A stretch of DNA of 64,000 nt from a virus. Taxonomy: Duplodnaviria > Caudoviricetes. How positions within the stretch are numbered: position 1 is the stretch's first letter; every line of letters starts with the position of its first letter. The stretch is taken from the IMG/VR virus record IMGVR_UViG_3300044852_000015, positions 128,001 through 192,000 of that record; one strand, given 5' to 3'. The notes beneath the pieces are model-generated. The model was not told the DNA's origin, made no database searches, and was given only the letters and a program-made list of their open reading frames with translations. The position numbers and the translations under genes are program-made. Positions 19,088 to 29,204 of this stretch are shown in pieces.

Positions 19088-20610
19088 AGTTGACCTTCCC
19101 AAGGGTTATGAATGTTGCCGCCAGCAGGTGGGACGACGAGATTATTGGATTGCGCGTGCTGATGGTGTTGAGCCATCCCTTGCGCCGCAGTGTGTTTGAT
19201 GTCCAGGTTGTTGGCCACGGTATCGAAGTCTTTCACCAAGCCGAATACTGCTTCTTGGTTATACGACATCACCGGTGCCGTCAGTGCATCAGCAAAGCCT
19301 GTGAAGCAATGCGGAGTCATTGGACCACCGTTCAGCGAGATGTTGACGTACGTCTCACCGAACATGTCCACTTGTACCGACATGTTGAACTTGGTCATCC
19401 GGTTGTTCGACAGGCCAACCAATACACTGCCGATCAGACGCTGCTTGAACGACTCGATGTAACGGGTCATGTCCATCTGCGCAAACGACAGGTAGTTCGG
19501 TGCGATGTCTACCACGTACTCGCCACCGAGGGTATCGTTGGTTGCAGTGAACATCAGGCCAATCAACATCAGTTCCGACATCAGTGCAGGAACTTCGCGG
19601 GCAACTGTAGTAGCGGCCATGCATTCAGGCGTAGCTGCTGCGAGGTTAGCCGTTTGACCAGCGTGGTGCAATTGCTGGGTGTACTTGGATTCACCGCCAG
19701 TAACAGCAGCAACGTGGTCCAACCCAGGACTGACCTGACACAGCGAACCGTACGAGATGCTACCGTCTTCGTTGAAGTTCAACGTCCGGCAGATCGCATG
19801 GAACAGCGGGTCTTCGTTGATCACCGACTCAGCCACGTTACCGATGGCGTAAGACATGGCATCCGCAGGAGTAGACACGCCACCCATTGCGTTAGTGACC
19901 GAATCCCGATAGTTGCTCAGGATCGAAGACATGTAGACGTTGGTCAGCTCGTTGCTACGGCGAGACTTCTTCGGCAACAGGTCAGCGAACAACAGACGAC
20001 CATCGGCGTAAGGTTCGTTACCGGATTGCATCGACACTTCCAGCACGCTGAAGATGTCTTCCGGGCGAGTAGCGTAAGCCACTTGCGATTGGTCTGCGTT
20101 GAAGCTTGGGTTGTACTTGCCGAACAACAGGTGACTGGAATCAATCACCGAGGAACGGACAGCGTTGCCATGACCGGCGTCGTACTGACTGTGTTGCAGC
20201 GTCACGGTGTTGTTGAAGTACAGCTTCATGTTCTTATCGAACACCACTTCATTACCAGCGATCCGAGTGTAGCCTGGATAGTCGGTGTAACCAGTGACGT
20301 AGCTGGTCAGGTTGGCACCCATCGCCTGACTTTGCACTTCCATCATGAAACGCAGGCGCTGTTCGCCCCAACCGTTTGCAATCTGGATACCAGTCATGAT
20401 GTCTGCTTTAGGGCGCAGGAGTTGACCAGAGAATGGAGCCAGTACACCCGCGTTGATGGTGCGACCGCCTTTGGTTACTTCTTGCAGGATCGACATCGAC
20501 TGGAAGTCAACGTTGTCACCGAGGTAGAACGGACGGAGGAACTGATCGCCGTAAGTGCCGGTAGGGCAGAACAGCAACTTGGTAATCTGGAAGCTTGCAC
20601 GAGGGTTCAT
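19084..20610 (-). CDS. picA: Phage-nucleus protein importer PicA/Imp1 (gp69-like)
   Basis: 508 aa, directly after gp68-like gene; TGTY..Q..RP, IANGW...RLRF, GYTD motifs. Confidence 0.7.
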   Translation of the reverse strand: MNPRASFQITKLLFCPTGTYGDQFLRPFYLGDNVDFQSMSILQEVTKGGRTINAGVLAPFSGQLLRPKADIMTGIQIANGWGEQRLRFMMEVQSQAMGANLTSYVTGYTDYPGYTRIAGNEVVFDKNMKLYFNNTVTLQHSQYDAGHGNAVRSSVIDSSHLLFGKYNPSFNADQSQVAYATRPEDIFSVLEVSMQSGNEPYADGRLLFADLLPKKSRRSNELTNVYMSSILSNYRDSVTNAMGGVSTPADAMSYAIGNVAESVINEDPLFHAICRTLNFNEDGSISYGSLCQVSPGLDHVAAVTGGESKYTQQLHHAGQTANLAAATPECMAATTVAREVPALMSELMLIGLMFTATNDTLGGEYVVDIAPNYLSFAQMDMTRYIESFKQRLIGSVLVGLSNNRMTKFNMSVQVDMFGETYVNISLNGGPMTPHCFTGFADALTAPVMSYNQEAVFGLVKDFDTVANNLDIKHTAAQGMAQHHQHAQSNNLVVPPAGGNIHNPWEGQL

Positions 20611-20640
20611 CTTTTCTTCGACCTTCTTTAGTCAGGGAGA

Positions 20641-22161
20641 TTAGGTTGGGACGCGTTCGAGTATCAGGCGAGCCAACTGGTTCTTGATTTCAGCCGGGAC
20701 CACCATGTCGCCGTTCACAACGTACTTCGCTACATCGGGCAACAGCTCCTTAGGCAAGTTCAACGACCAATAACACTTGGACATTTCACTGGTCAGTAGG
20801 TTGATTGCACGGATAGCGACGTTGTTCTGACGATCCGACTGTGGTTTACCACTCTGACGCTGGGCGTAAGGGTAGCGTTCCATCAAGGCTGCGATGTACT
20901 CTTTGGAGACGCGTGCACGGAAATCGCCCGTGGCCAGTGCGTACTCTTCATCGTAGATAGCAGGTTGAGCAGTCATCAGCGCTGCCAGTTCTTTGTAGCC
21001 CCAGTGCCACAGCAACGCTTGAGTCACCCCAATCGTGCGCAGTAGTGCTGGTTTGCTCAGGCTTGGGATAGCCCGTGCAGACAGGGAACGAGCCATTACC
21101 CACTGACACAGAGTCATGTGGTGCTGGTCAATCCGCATGTTGGTCATTTGGGTAGCAATCCCCACGAACCCTTCGACTAACTCGACTGGTACGGTTGGAT
21201 CGACCTTTACCGCCATAGCAGTATAGTTCTCTGTATAAACAGACAGCATGATGATGTCGCCATTGGACACCTCTTGCTTGATCTTGTAGTTCTCAGCCGA
21301 AGACATGTTGTCCTCTTCAGCTTTCTCCGCCGCATTGCGCTTTGGAATGATGCTACCCGCTTTCCAGAAGTTCCGGTCGAGCGAGTTCAAGCTGGTGTCG
21401 ATCGTGTGGAATACGTTGGAGATCACGCTGGAGTTGTTATCCTCCACGGTCACTTCACCGATACTCACCTTACGTACGATCACCTTTGCCAACAACCAGT
21501 CTGGCAATTCAGTAGACCCCAACGACTTGAATACAGCCCCGTTAGAGACTTTCTCCAGTTGTGCGTAGGAATCAATGTACACCCGCAGACGATCCATGGG
21601 TGGGCATTCGTACAACCACGATTCGCTGATCAGCGACATCGCGTACCATTCCTTGTAGTTGTTGCCAACTTCACGGAAGATCTGTTCCACGTATTCGCCG
21701 AAGATTGGAACCATCGGACGGTGCGCTACCGACATCACACCCAACTGGTAGTAGTCGTCACGCAGATACGTTTTGTTTTGCGGTTTGTCGTCGTACTCGG
21801 TTTTGGTAGTCGTCGGGATAACTACCTTACCGTACATCCGCATCCACGAGGTGAGATCATCACTAGGGATGCAGCCGTACATTTCCCGGACCAGCTTGAT
21901 CAGACGTTTCTTCATCCGATCTTTGTCCGCCACAGTCTTGATGACTTCGTGGATTGCTACGTAGTGCGCCCAGATCGCATCCTGCTGGTGCGAAGGGAGA
22001 GATGCAAAGAATGCGTTGATCTGTGTGAACAGGTTCGGCAAGTCTTTGAAATTGTTCCGACGATAGATAATCGAAACGCCCCAGTCTAGAAACTCATCGC
22101 CGTGCACGGTACGGAGAGTGGTGAGTTCGCTAGGCTTTTCACTGATGTTATCAATACGCAT
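20641..22161 (-). CDS. Non-virion RNAP sigma-like fifth subunit (gp68-like)
   Basis: 506 aa, TYLRDDY motif, synteny. Confidence 0.75.
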   Translation of the reverse strand: MRIDNISEKPSELTTLRTVHGDEFLDWGVSIIYRRNNFKDLPNLFTQINAFFASLPSHQQDAIWAHYVAIHEVIKTVADKDRMKKRLIKLVREMYGCIPSDDLTSWMRMYGKVVIPTTTKTEYDDKPQNKTYLRDDYYQLGVMSVAHRPMVPIFGEYVEQIFREVGNNYKEWYAMSLISESWLYECPPMDRLRVYIDSYAQLEKVSNGAVFKSLGSTELPDWLLAKVIVRKVSIGEVTVEDNNSSVISNVFHTIDTSLNSLDRNFWKAGSIIPKRNAAEKAEEDNMSSAENYKIKQEVSNGDIIMLSVYTENYTAMAVKVDPTVPVELVEGFVGIATQMTNMRIDQHHMTLCQWVMARSLSARAIPSLSKPALLRTIGVTQALLWHWGYKELAALMTAQPAIYDEEYALATGDFRARVSKEYIAALMERYPYAQRQSGKPQSDRQNNVAIRAINLLTSEMSKCYWSLNLPKELLPDVAKYVVNGDMVVPAEIKNQLARLILERVPT

Positions 22162-22191
22162 ACTGGCTTCCTAGTGGAGTACTGCAACTAG

Positions 22192-22209
22192 ATGATATAT
22201 ACTTCAAAT
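22192..22209 (-). promoter_or_regulatory. Variant phage promoter
   Basis: TTTGAAGTATATATCAT upstream of gp68-like gene. Confidence 0.5.
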
Positions 22210-22310
22210 ATCTTTGTATGGCATAGAGCCAACACATAGTCCTTCTATGGGGGATAGTGGACTTAGAGTCGAGCCAGGTCGTATTGACCCAGCTCTCCTC
22301 TTATCAGTAG

Positions 22311-23033
22311 TTACATCGGGAAGTCGTCGTCGTCGAAGCCGCCAGCCTGGGTCTGGTTGCCACCGCCTTCGTTACGCTGTTTCCAGCCACCACCATCACC
22401 GCCACCTTGGCGCTGTTGTTGTGGACGCTGTTGTTGACCGCCACCACCGTTGAAGTCTTTCTTGACCGGCTCAACGTACTCTTTCACCGCCACGGCTGCC
22501 ATCATGTTTTGCAACATTGCACGGTAGCCACGCAGGAAGTAGTTGGACGCTGCACGCTTGTCCAGCGGATTGCCGTCGGTGCCAATCATGGCGTGGTAGT
22601 TCGATGGCAGCAGGTTGAACTTCAGATACGGACGATCTTTCGCCACAACGGCCAGGAACAGGCAGCCTTCTTTGTCACGACCGACGCAGGTAGTGGAAAC
22701 CAGCTTCGGTTGATCGGAACGCTTGCCTTCGAAGAAGGTGTGGTTCAGGTTCTGGATTTTCAGCACCATGCCGTCTTCCAGGGTCAACGCGTCTTGCATC
22801 GCTTCGAGCAACATGTAGAACGTTGGCATGTCCATCGCGGCGCGGATGTTACCGTTCATCTTGTCGTTCGGGACGTTGGTGTACACGTCGATGCGCGGGT
22901 TGTTGGATACCAGCGAGATCGCGAACGAGCCAGGCTTTTGTGCGCCCTGTGCTGGTGGGCAAGACAGACGCAGTTTGAATTCATCCAATGCGTTCTTGGC
23001 GCGAGGTGGGGCTTGAAATTGTGGACCGGCCAT
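22311..23033 (-). CDS. chmC: Nucleus-associated RNA-binding protein ChmC (gp67-like)
   Basis: Synteny; beta-rich N-domain, G/Q-rich disordered tail, acidic tip. Confidence 0.65.
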   Translation of the reverse strand: MAGPQFQAPPRAKNALDEFKLRLSCPPAQGAQKPGSFAISLVSNNPRIDVYTNVPNDKMNGNIRAAMDMPTFYMLLEAMQDALTLEDGMVLKIQNLNHTFFEGKRSDQPKLVSTTCVGRDKEGCLFLAVVAKDRPYLKFNLLPSNYHAMIGTDGNPLDKRAASNYFLRGYRAMLQNMMAAVAVKEYVEPVKKDFNGGGGQQQRPQQQRQGGGDGGGWKQRNEGGGNQTQAGGFDDDDFPM

Positions 23034-23101
23034 TTTGAATCTCCAGAACTTTTGTTTCGTACAAATTATGGGAGTTCCCCGTATTTCAATACAGGGAGTC
23101 G

Positions 23102-23953
23102 TTAAAACATCGAGAGAATGATACCTTTAAAGACCGGATGAAGTGGTTCAGCTTTGATGTCTGACTTCATCTTGTCCAGCGACGTCGTAGGATTCCAACG
23201 GCGGGCTTCGGCTAACTCAATGATCTGTTTCTTTTCCTTTGCAGGAAAGGTGCTAAAATGAACCCCATCACCAAAGAACTGTAACGTTACGTGGTTGAAA
23301 GGCATTCTCGCTAGGTCCTTACCCCCGGTCAGTTTACTGTTCCAGGAAGTGTAGGACTTCACCTTGCCTGTGTGTGACTCTAACAGGCGAAGTTTGGTGA
23401 AGTTGTAGCGGGACAACAAATCCACAGGCATGTGGGTGATGATCAAAGCATCGGAGTTGTTCCCGTTGAGTTTCAGGTCAGACATCACAACAGGACGATC
23501 CTGCATGACGTCAGCCAATTTCCGAATCACGTCGTCCTCCAAACCACGAAGGAACAATTGCTTTTCAGTCTTCAGCTCCCTATGAAAGCAGTGCGGGTAT
23601 TCGCGCATGATGCTTTTATAAGACTGACAATAAATAACCACCAAACAACCGCCATGGGTGTAACGATCCACAGCGGCTTGGATGATCTGGATTTCTGCGG
23701 TTATTGCATCCACCAGAGGATCGGGGAACACCCGGTTATGGTCAGCCGTCGGGATGGCGCCAAGGATGTTCCTTATTAATGTACGCACGTTGATCCAAAG
23801 CGCATTCGCACTGAGGATCGGGGGTTTCGCTTTATGCTCAGGCATTTCTTCCGAAATACCAAAAGCACTTTCCAACGCTAAAGCCGTAGCAATGGAAACG
23901 GGGACTTGCGTCCCCACCTCACGATCAGCTAGGACTTGGTAGTACTTGTCCAT
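23102..23953 (-). CDS. Conserved core protein (gp66-like), possible PIN/5'-3' nuclease fold
   Basis: LWINVRTLIRN, THMPVDLL, LLESHTG; synteny. Confidence 0.6.
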   Translation of the reverse strand: MDKYYQVLADREVGTQVPVSIATALALESAFGISEEMPEHKAKPPILSANALWINVRTLIRNILGAIPTADHNRVFPDPLVDAITAEIQIIQAAVDRYTHGGCLVVIYCQSYKSIMREYPHCFHRELKTEKQLFLRGLEDDVIRKLADVMQDRPVVMSDLKLNGNNSDALIITHMPVDLLSRYNFTKLRLLESHTGKVKSYTSWNSKLTGGKDLARMPFNHVTLQFFGDGVHFSTFPAKEKKQIIELAEARRWNPTTSLDKMKSDIKAEPLHPVFKGIILSMF

Positions 23954-25061
23954 TCAACAACTCCTGAGTGGCTGCGATCAGCACGGGATCGTCAGTACGT
24001 TCCCGAACGCGTTTCATGACCATCTCAATAATATTGTCGGGCGTGATAGCAGCCGGAGTAAACGGTGTGATGATCGCGGAAACGGCTTCCCGGTTAATCT
24101 TCTCTCCGCCTACAGTTTTCTGAGTGAGCCAATGTAACCTGTAACGATCCGTGACTTCCTTGAAACCCACCAGTATCGGTGCACCTTTCTCGGCGATGAC
24201 CCGCACATGACTATCAATAGGCATGGTGTTGATCAAGTCGTCGATCTTGGTAAGCGAGTCCTCCAGATTCAAGCCGGTACAATCCGCAGACTTATACAGC
24301 TTCGACCCTTCGTTCACAATGAAGCGAATCTCGTGGTCTAGGTTGTCCCGGTCTACAACCACACGGTAATGACCTTTGTCTTCTTCTTCACCATGTGTCA
24401 AGCGATCGAAGGAACCAGCAGCCAGAATGTTACCGTACTGAGAACGCTTGTGGATGTGGCCACCGAATACAAAGTACTTGGTGATCTCCATATAACGCTC
24501 AGGGATATGCGTTGGAACTGGAACGTGAGACGGGAGCTGGTAGTTGAACGCACCGTGTAACACAGTGAAGTCCACCTGCGTCAAACCCTTCTCATGCAAT
24601 TCCTTACATACGTCTTTCCAGACATCATCCGTCTCGTGTTTCCATTCGTCTGGGACGTACAGAACATTGATACCGAAACGTTCGATGTGTTCAATCGACA
24701 GGGACTCTACCCACTTGATGTCGCAGCCTATATTAGCTACTTCGTTCTCGGTGATAAAGTGTACCGATTGTTTCCAGTCGTGTGAGGGAGTGCCTTCCAG
24801 AATCCTGACAACAATGTCCCTACGCTTACACATGTGGAGGAACAGAAACATCCACCGACGGATCAGCGCAATGTTTGGATCGGGGTACATCGTCAACCGA
24901 TCAAACAGATCACCAGCAATGATGATTAGATCCAACTCACCTGTCTCAGCGTTATCAGGGAACGCCTTTTGCAGGTTCTTCAGAATGTGATCGGTTGAGG
25001 TCTTGTTGTGTAGAAGGTGAACATCCCCCAGCTCACCTATCCGCAACTTACGCCAGGTCAT
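23925..25061 (-). CDS. SbcD/Mre11-like metallophosphoesterase nuclease
   Basis: GDVH, AGDLFD, EGTPSHD, LHG, GHIH, GSFDRL; start moved to ATG 25061. Confidence 0.88.
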   Translation of the reverse strand: MTWRKLRIGELGDVHLLHNKTSTDHILKNLQKAFPDNAETGELDLIIIAGDLFDRLTMYPDPNIALIRRWMFLFLHMCKRRDIVVRILEGTPSHDWKQSVHFITENEVANIGCDIKWVESLSIEHIERFGINVLYVPDEWKHETDDVWKDVCKELHEKGLTQVDFTVLHGAFNYQLPSHVPVPTHIPERYMEITKYFVFGGHIHKRSQYGNILAAGSFDRLTHGEEEDKGHYRVVVDRDNLDHEIRFIVNEGSKLYKSADCTGLNLEDSLTKIDDLINTMPIDSHVRVIAEKGAPILVGFKEVTDRYRLHWLTQKTVGGEKINREAVSAIITPFTPAAITPDNIIEMVMKRVRERTDDPVLIAATQELLNGQVLPSPS

Positions 25062-25608
25062 AGTCGTCCGAAAGGAAATTACCCGTGTCCAACGGCGCAG
25101 CAGCCGGTTTAGTGGCCGCTTCTGCAACTTGCTCAGCAGTGTCTGTGAAGCCCGTCACGTTGTAGTACTTGAAGACGATACGCCACTCTTCGATCTCTTT
25201 CGGATCGAGCACGTTGTCCTTCACACGCCCTACCAGCACGTTCTTCAGGTAACGCTGACCGAGTTTCGGTACAATGTCATCCTTCTGCATCGCTTTGGAG
25301 ATGTGTTCGAACATGCTGTCACGAGACCCACGCGCTTTGTGCAGGTTCATGGAGCGGCCAATTGCTGGACACTTGAACAGGAACTCGTTACCACGCCAGA
25401 CCGTGATCGGACGTTGTACGGAATCGCTGTGACGCAACCAAGGCTCGTAAGACTTGATAGGTTCCCGGCTGATAATCATCGGGAGAATCGTGGTACGGAA
25501 AACATCTTCCTGTACTCGGGGTAGATCTTCTTCGAATGCTTTTGCCAATACTTCGAACGCGTTTTTAACTTCGTCTGTATTGGGTACCGGTGCGCTTAGT
25601 GGGTTCAT
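25048..25608 (-). CDS. Conserved hypothetical protein
   Basis: 186 aa, GGAGG RBS. Confidence 0.75.
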   Translation of the reverse strand: MNPLSAPVPNTDEVKNAFEVLAKAFEEDLPRVQEDVFRTTILPMIISREPIKSYEPWLRHSDSVQRPITVWRGNEFLFKCPAIGRSMNLHKARGSRDSMFEHISKAMQKDDIVPKLGQRYLKNVLVGRVKDNVLDPKEIEEWRIVFKYYNVTGFTDTAEQVAEAATKPAAAPLDTGNFLSDDYDLA

Positions 25609-25697
25609 TAGTTATTTCCTCCTACAAAACTCCTAGGGTTGTTATACCCTAGGAGTTTTGTATAAAGAGTTACGTGTGATAGATGGCGGTACTTTAT

Positions 25698-26216
25698 TCA
25701 GACTGCCTGACCGACGGCTACCGACGTTTCGTCGATGGGCGCATCAGTAAGGCGGTGCACTTCAACGAAGTACACTTTGTTCGGCACTTCGCCGATTTGT
25801 GCAGCGAATTCGCGGCTGATCAATTCAACCAACGCCGGCTCTACCGGGAGAGAGTCAAACACATCCGTGCCTTCACGGCGCGTGTGGATGTTCAACTGGT
25901 TCGGGCAGATCGGGTGATCGGCGGCGTCCTGGTATACGCGGTACATACTATTGAGCGACAACTGCTCCAGGAAGGTGAACTGGATTTCAGGCGCTGGTTG
26001 GTGGTCGTGACCGTGAGCCAGACCATGCTCCAGAGCGTTCAGTTGCGTACGGTGCATCTGGTTAACCGCCATGCTCAGGTCACGAATGGCCGACATGATG
26101 GTGTTCTCCAGGGCATCCTGACGTTGCTCCAAACGAGCCAGACGTTCTGGAGTCGTTGGTGGACGAACTGGATCAGGCGTATGGAGGTTGTGTAGGTCTT
26201 TCTCTTTAGGCAGCAT
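25698..26216 (-). CDS. Hypothetical protein
   Basis: 172 aa, N-terminal coiled coil. Confidence 0.7.
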   Translation of the reverse strand: MLPKEKDLHNLHTPDPVRPPTTPERLARLEQRQDALENTIMSAIRDLSMAVNQMHRTQLNALEHGLAHGHDHQPAPEIQFTFLEQLSLNSMYRVYQDAADHPICPNQLNIHTRREGTDVFDSLPVEPALVELISREFAAQIGEVPNKVYFVEVHRLTDAPIDETSVAVGQAV

Positions 26217-26225
26217 TCTCTTTCC

Positions 26226-26630
26226 TTATTTACCGTTGTTTGCATCGAAGATCGCTACAACCTTCGCATTGATGATTTGAAGTTCTTTACCCACACTGTA
26301 AGAAACCCCGTCTTGACCGACTTGCGCATCCACCATGAGGTTTAACTCTCCCGGTTTGTTGGGGTCTTCCACCGAAACTGTTACGTCCACTTGGACTCGG
26401 TCGAAGTATGGCTTTAGCAAGTTAGTCAGGTTCTTAGTGGTTTCTGACAGCAGCAGGCTTTGGTTTTCCGCAGTGACCTTGATGATGTACGGAAGTGAAG
26501 CAATGTTGCCACGGTACAGGTGACTCTGGGAGTAATCACTTACAAAGAAGTAACCTACCAGTTTATCGAGTTTCTCTGAGATGTTCCCTACCCAACCGGA
26601 AGCACTCAGACTAGGTACTTGCACTGCCAT
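26226..26630 (-). CDS. Conserved core protein, possible gp25-like baseplate wedge/sheath initiator
   Basis: 134 aa, SDYSQS motif, helix-helix-beta layout; synteny. Confidence 0.5.
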   Translation of the reverse strand: MAVQVPSLSASGWVGNISEKLDKLVGYFFVSDYSQSHLYRGNIASLPYIIKVTAENQSLLLSETTKNLTNLLKPYFDRVQVDVTVSVEDPNKPGELNLMVDAQVGQDGVSYSVGKELQIINAKVVAIFDANNGK

Positions 26631-26715
26631 GAGATGGCCCTCCTATGAGATCATAGAATGGCTCAACTCTAGCAACCCAACAAAAAAAGAAGGGGAGCCG
26701 AAGCCCCCTTTCAAT

Positions 26716-27333
26716 TTACAGTGAGGCGTTGTACTTACTAGTCGGGTCATCCCGACGCTTACGGATTTCTCGGATGATGTTGAGGCAGGAATCTTTGAGA
26801 TCCATCTGCTCATCAAACCGGAGTTCGTGATCACCTTCCAACAGTTCGTCGAAGAAGGTCCACGCTTCCCAACCGCCATCGTCACGTTCTTCTACTATAC
26901 CGTTGTTCATCCGACGGTAGTCGTAGTGATCGTGGCCAATCACGTTACCATGGATGTTCTGATAAGTATCAGAGTAACCATCCAACTGCTGGTTCAGGAA
27001 CATCTTGCGGATTATTGGATCGGCCATGATGTACCGCTGCATGACCATTGGAGCATGTTGCATTTGCGCAATCGTTGTCAAATGCTTGATTACATCGGCA
27101 TCCCACATCGTCTGCACAGTACGTACCGCTGCACGTGCAGCACGTAAAGCATTGTCCCCGAAGAAATGTGCCCACTTCTCCCGAGCTGTGTCCATGAACA
27201 TTCTACCGGAGTCTGTCAGGTTCTGCGACAGGTTCATCGCTTGGTCTTTCAAGTACTCAATGGTATTCTGGTCACGTGGTGCATACGCCAGCTCGTTAAA
27301 TGCTAGGGTACCACCTTCAATGTACATCGCCAT
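26716..27333 (-). CDS. Conserved core protein (gp61-like)
   Basis: MQRYIMADP, GYSDTY, YDYRR, DPTS motifs; synteny. Confidence 0.65.
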   Translation of the reverse strand: MAMYIEGGTLAFNELAYAPRDQNTIEYLKDQAMNLSQNLTDSGRMFMDTAREKWAHFFGDNALRAARAAVRTVQTMWDADVIKHLTTIAQMQHAPMVMQRYIMADPIIRKMFLNQQLDGYSDTYQNIHGNVIGHDHYDYRRMNNGIVEERDDGGWEAWTFFDELLEGDHELRFDEQMDLKDSCLNIIREIRKRRDDPTSKYNASL

Positions 27334-27376
27334 GGTTACGCTCCTTCCTCACATACCTTACGGACGGGATGTAAAG

Positions 27377-27655
27377 TTAAACAAGGGAGAAGCCCCGCTG
27401 TTCCAGCCATTCTGCCGAAGAGTTAGAAGCTACCAGTGCCATGGAATCATCGTCACCGGTTACGAGGTACAGGTCGTACTGGGTTTTGCCTTCAGCTTCC
27501 CGCTTGCGAGTGGTGAAGGAGATCTTGCGGCCCTCCAGTTCATCGCGCATCTTGGCGAAGTCTTCAGGGGTTTGTTTCACCAGGGTAAGGTACATCGCGG
27601 GCGTACTACATTGCCCGGTCTTAACCATCTCCACTATTTTATCAACATTACACAT
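27377..27655 (-). CDS. Hypothetical protein
   Basis: 92 aa ORF with RBS. Confidence 0.65.
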   Translation of the reverse strand: MCNVDKIVEMVKTGQCSTPAMYLTLVKQTPEDFAKMRDELEGRKISFTTRKREAEGKTQYDLYLVTGDDDSMALVASNSSAEWLEQRGFSLV

Positions 27656-27708
27656 AATCGACTTTTCCTTAAAAGCGTGGGGACACTTAGATCCCCACAG
27701 ATTCGGGG

Positions 27709-29130
27709 TTACTTGCCGTGATGGATAAAGTTGGCGATCGTGGCGATCATGGTGGAGGAAAGACTCACGTGTCCCGAGATTGCTCGTGGGGTACGTAGGT
27801 CCAACACACCGTTCTTGGGCGCCAGCGGGTCCAGCTTCTCCAGGGTGGTATGATCCAGAATCACAATGCCGTTCAAGGCATCACCGTCAAAGTCAGCGTT
27901 CATCCCAGAGAGGATGTTCACAGACGGACTGATGGTGTTGATTGCTGGGTTCGTTTTAACACGTTTCACGTAGAGCCGTTGCGCTGACAGACGAGTCAGG
28001 GTCGGGTTCCGCTGAAAGATCACTGGGATACCGCCACGTGGGGCTTCAGCAATCAGTTCCTTGAACAGCTCATCAAGGAGCGGGTGATAGCACAGGGTGT
28101 TCTCGAACAGAAACTTGTTGGCCTCGTTCGGGGTGTAGCCGCGTTTCAACAACTTGTTGGTCAAGTGAATCTTGAAGGTCATCACCGACAGAGACCAAGG
28201 AAGTTCCAAGTCTTCGTAGTGATGTGGATCAGACAGCGAGGAAATCACTGCACGGAAACTGAAGCTATCCCGTGATCCAAAGATGTGCTTACGATACCAC
28301 CCTGGTTTACCGCCCAACTGGGTGGAGATAAACGGGGCATAGTAAGCTACCAACATGTTCAACGCTTTGATCGTACGCAACTCGATCTCACGCTGACGCA
28401 GGGGTGTAGGCGAATTCTCAATACTGCTGAACGCTCGCATGGCGTTTACCGCTGGAGTCATGCCGGTATCAGCGTAAGTGCCGGTAGCGGTGTTCTCCGT
28501 GATAAACGTGATACGACTCGGACAAGGCAGGTACTTACAGAAGATCTCCTTACGGTACATCTCAATGAACGTGAGAGTGTCGTCCATTTGTTGCTGGTTC
28601 TTGTTGTTCGGAAGGATCTCCCGCAAGAACAGGTTCATCAACTGGTCAAAGTGCCGGTAGAAGGTATTGATCCCTCGACCGAGTCCTAACGACTTGATGT
28701 AGTCCAGGACGTTGTTAGCGTCTTGGTTAGGTGGTTGATAGCCTGGGTTTGTAATCCAGTCCAGCAAGTTCACACCTTTGTACAGGAAGATCGGCTTCAG
28801 TACGTGGAAGGCCCACGGGTTGATCAGTGTGTCCACGCCACGGGGTGTGGTGATCCACAGGAGCGATTCCAGCGGTCGTTCCGTAACAGACATGCAGGTG
28901 AACCCGCAGTCGTCGCAGACAACCCCTACGTTGTGCTCGTACTTAACCTTCTTGCACTCACATGACGGGATCACGTCCAAGGTATCACCCTCGTAACGCG
29001 ACATGATCATGCGATTCAGTTTCTCCCGGTCTTCTTCGGTGGTGACATCGAAGTCGTTGATAATCACTGGAGCGGACGTCAAGCTATTGAACAACTCGTC
29101 GTGATCAACAATAACTGCTTCTACACCCAT
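27709..29130 (-). CDS. Non-virion RNA polymerase beta-prime N-terminal catalytic subunit (gp55-like), uninterrupted
   Basis: NADFDGD, RAVI, QRNPTL, N-terminal Zn finger. Confidence 0.93.
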   Translation of the reverse strand: MGVEAVIVDHDELFNSLTSAPVIINDFDVTTEEDREKLNRMIMSRYEGDTLDVIPSCECKKVKYEHNVGVVCDDCGFTCMSVTERPLESLLWITTPRGVDTLINPWAFHVLKPIFLYKGVNLLDWITNPGYQPPNQDANNVLDYIKSLGLGRGINTFYRHFDQLMNLFLREILPNNKNQQQMDDTLTFIEMYRKEIFCKYLPCPSRITFITENTATGTYADTGMTPAVNAMRAFSSIENSPTPLRQREIELRTIKALNMLVAYYAPFISTQLGGKPGWYRKHIFGSRDSFSFRAVISSLSDPHHYEDLELPWSLSVMTFKIHLTNKLLKRGYTPNEANKFLFENTLCYHPLLDELFKELIAEAPRGGIPVIFQRNPTLTRLSAQRLYVKRVKTNPAINTISPSVNILSGMNADFDGDALNGIVILDHTTLEKLDPLAPKNGVLDLRTPRAISGHVSLSSTMIATIANFIHHGK

Positions 29131-29204
29131 GGGGTTCTCCTGAAAATACCGGACATAAAAAGAAAAGGGGCGCGAACGCCCCTTTCATTACCGCTTAGCC
29201 GAAC

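Noticed and set aside
15049-29130. Introns or inteins in RNAP genes (also checked polymerase and terminase)
   Set aside because: ORFs are continuous, of expected size, with no splice or homing endonuclease motifs
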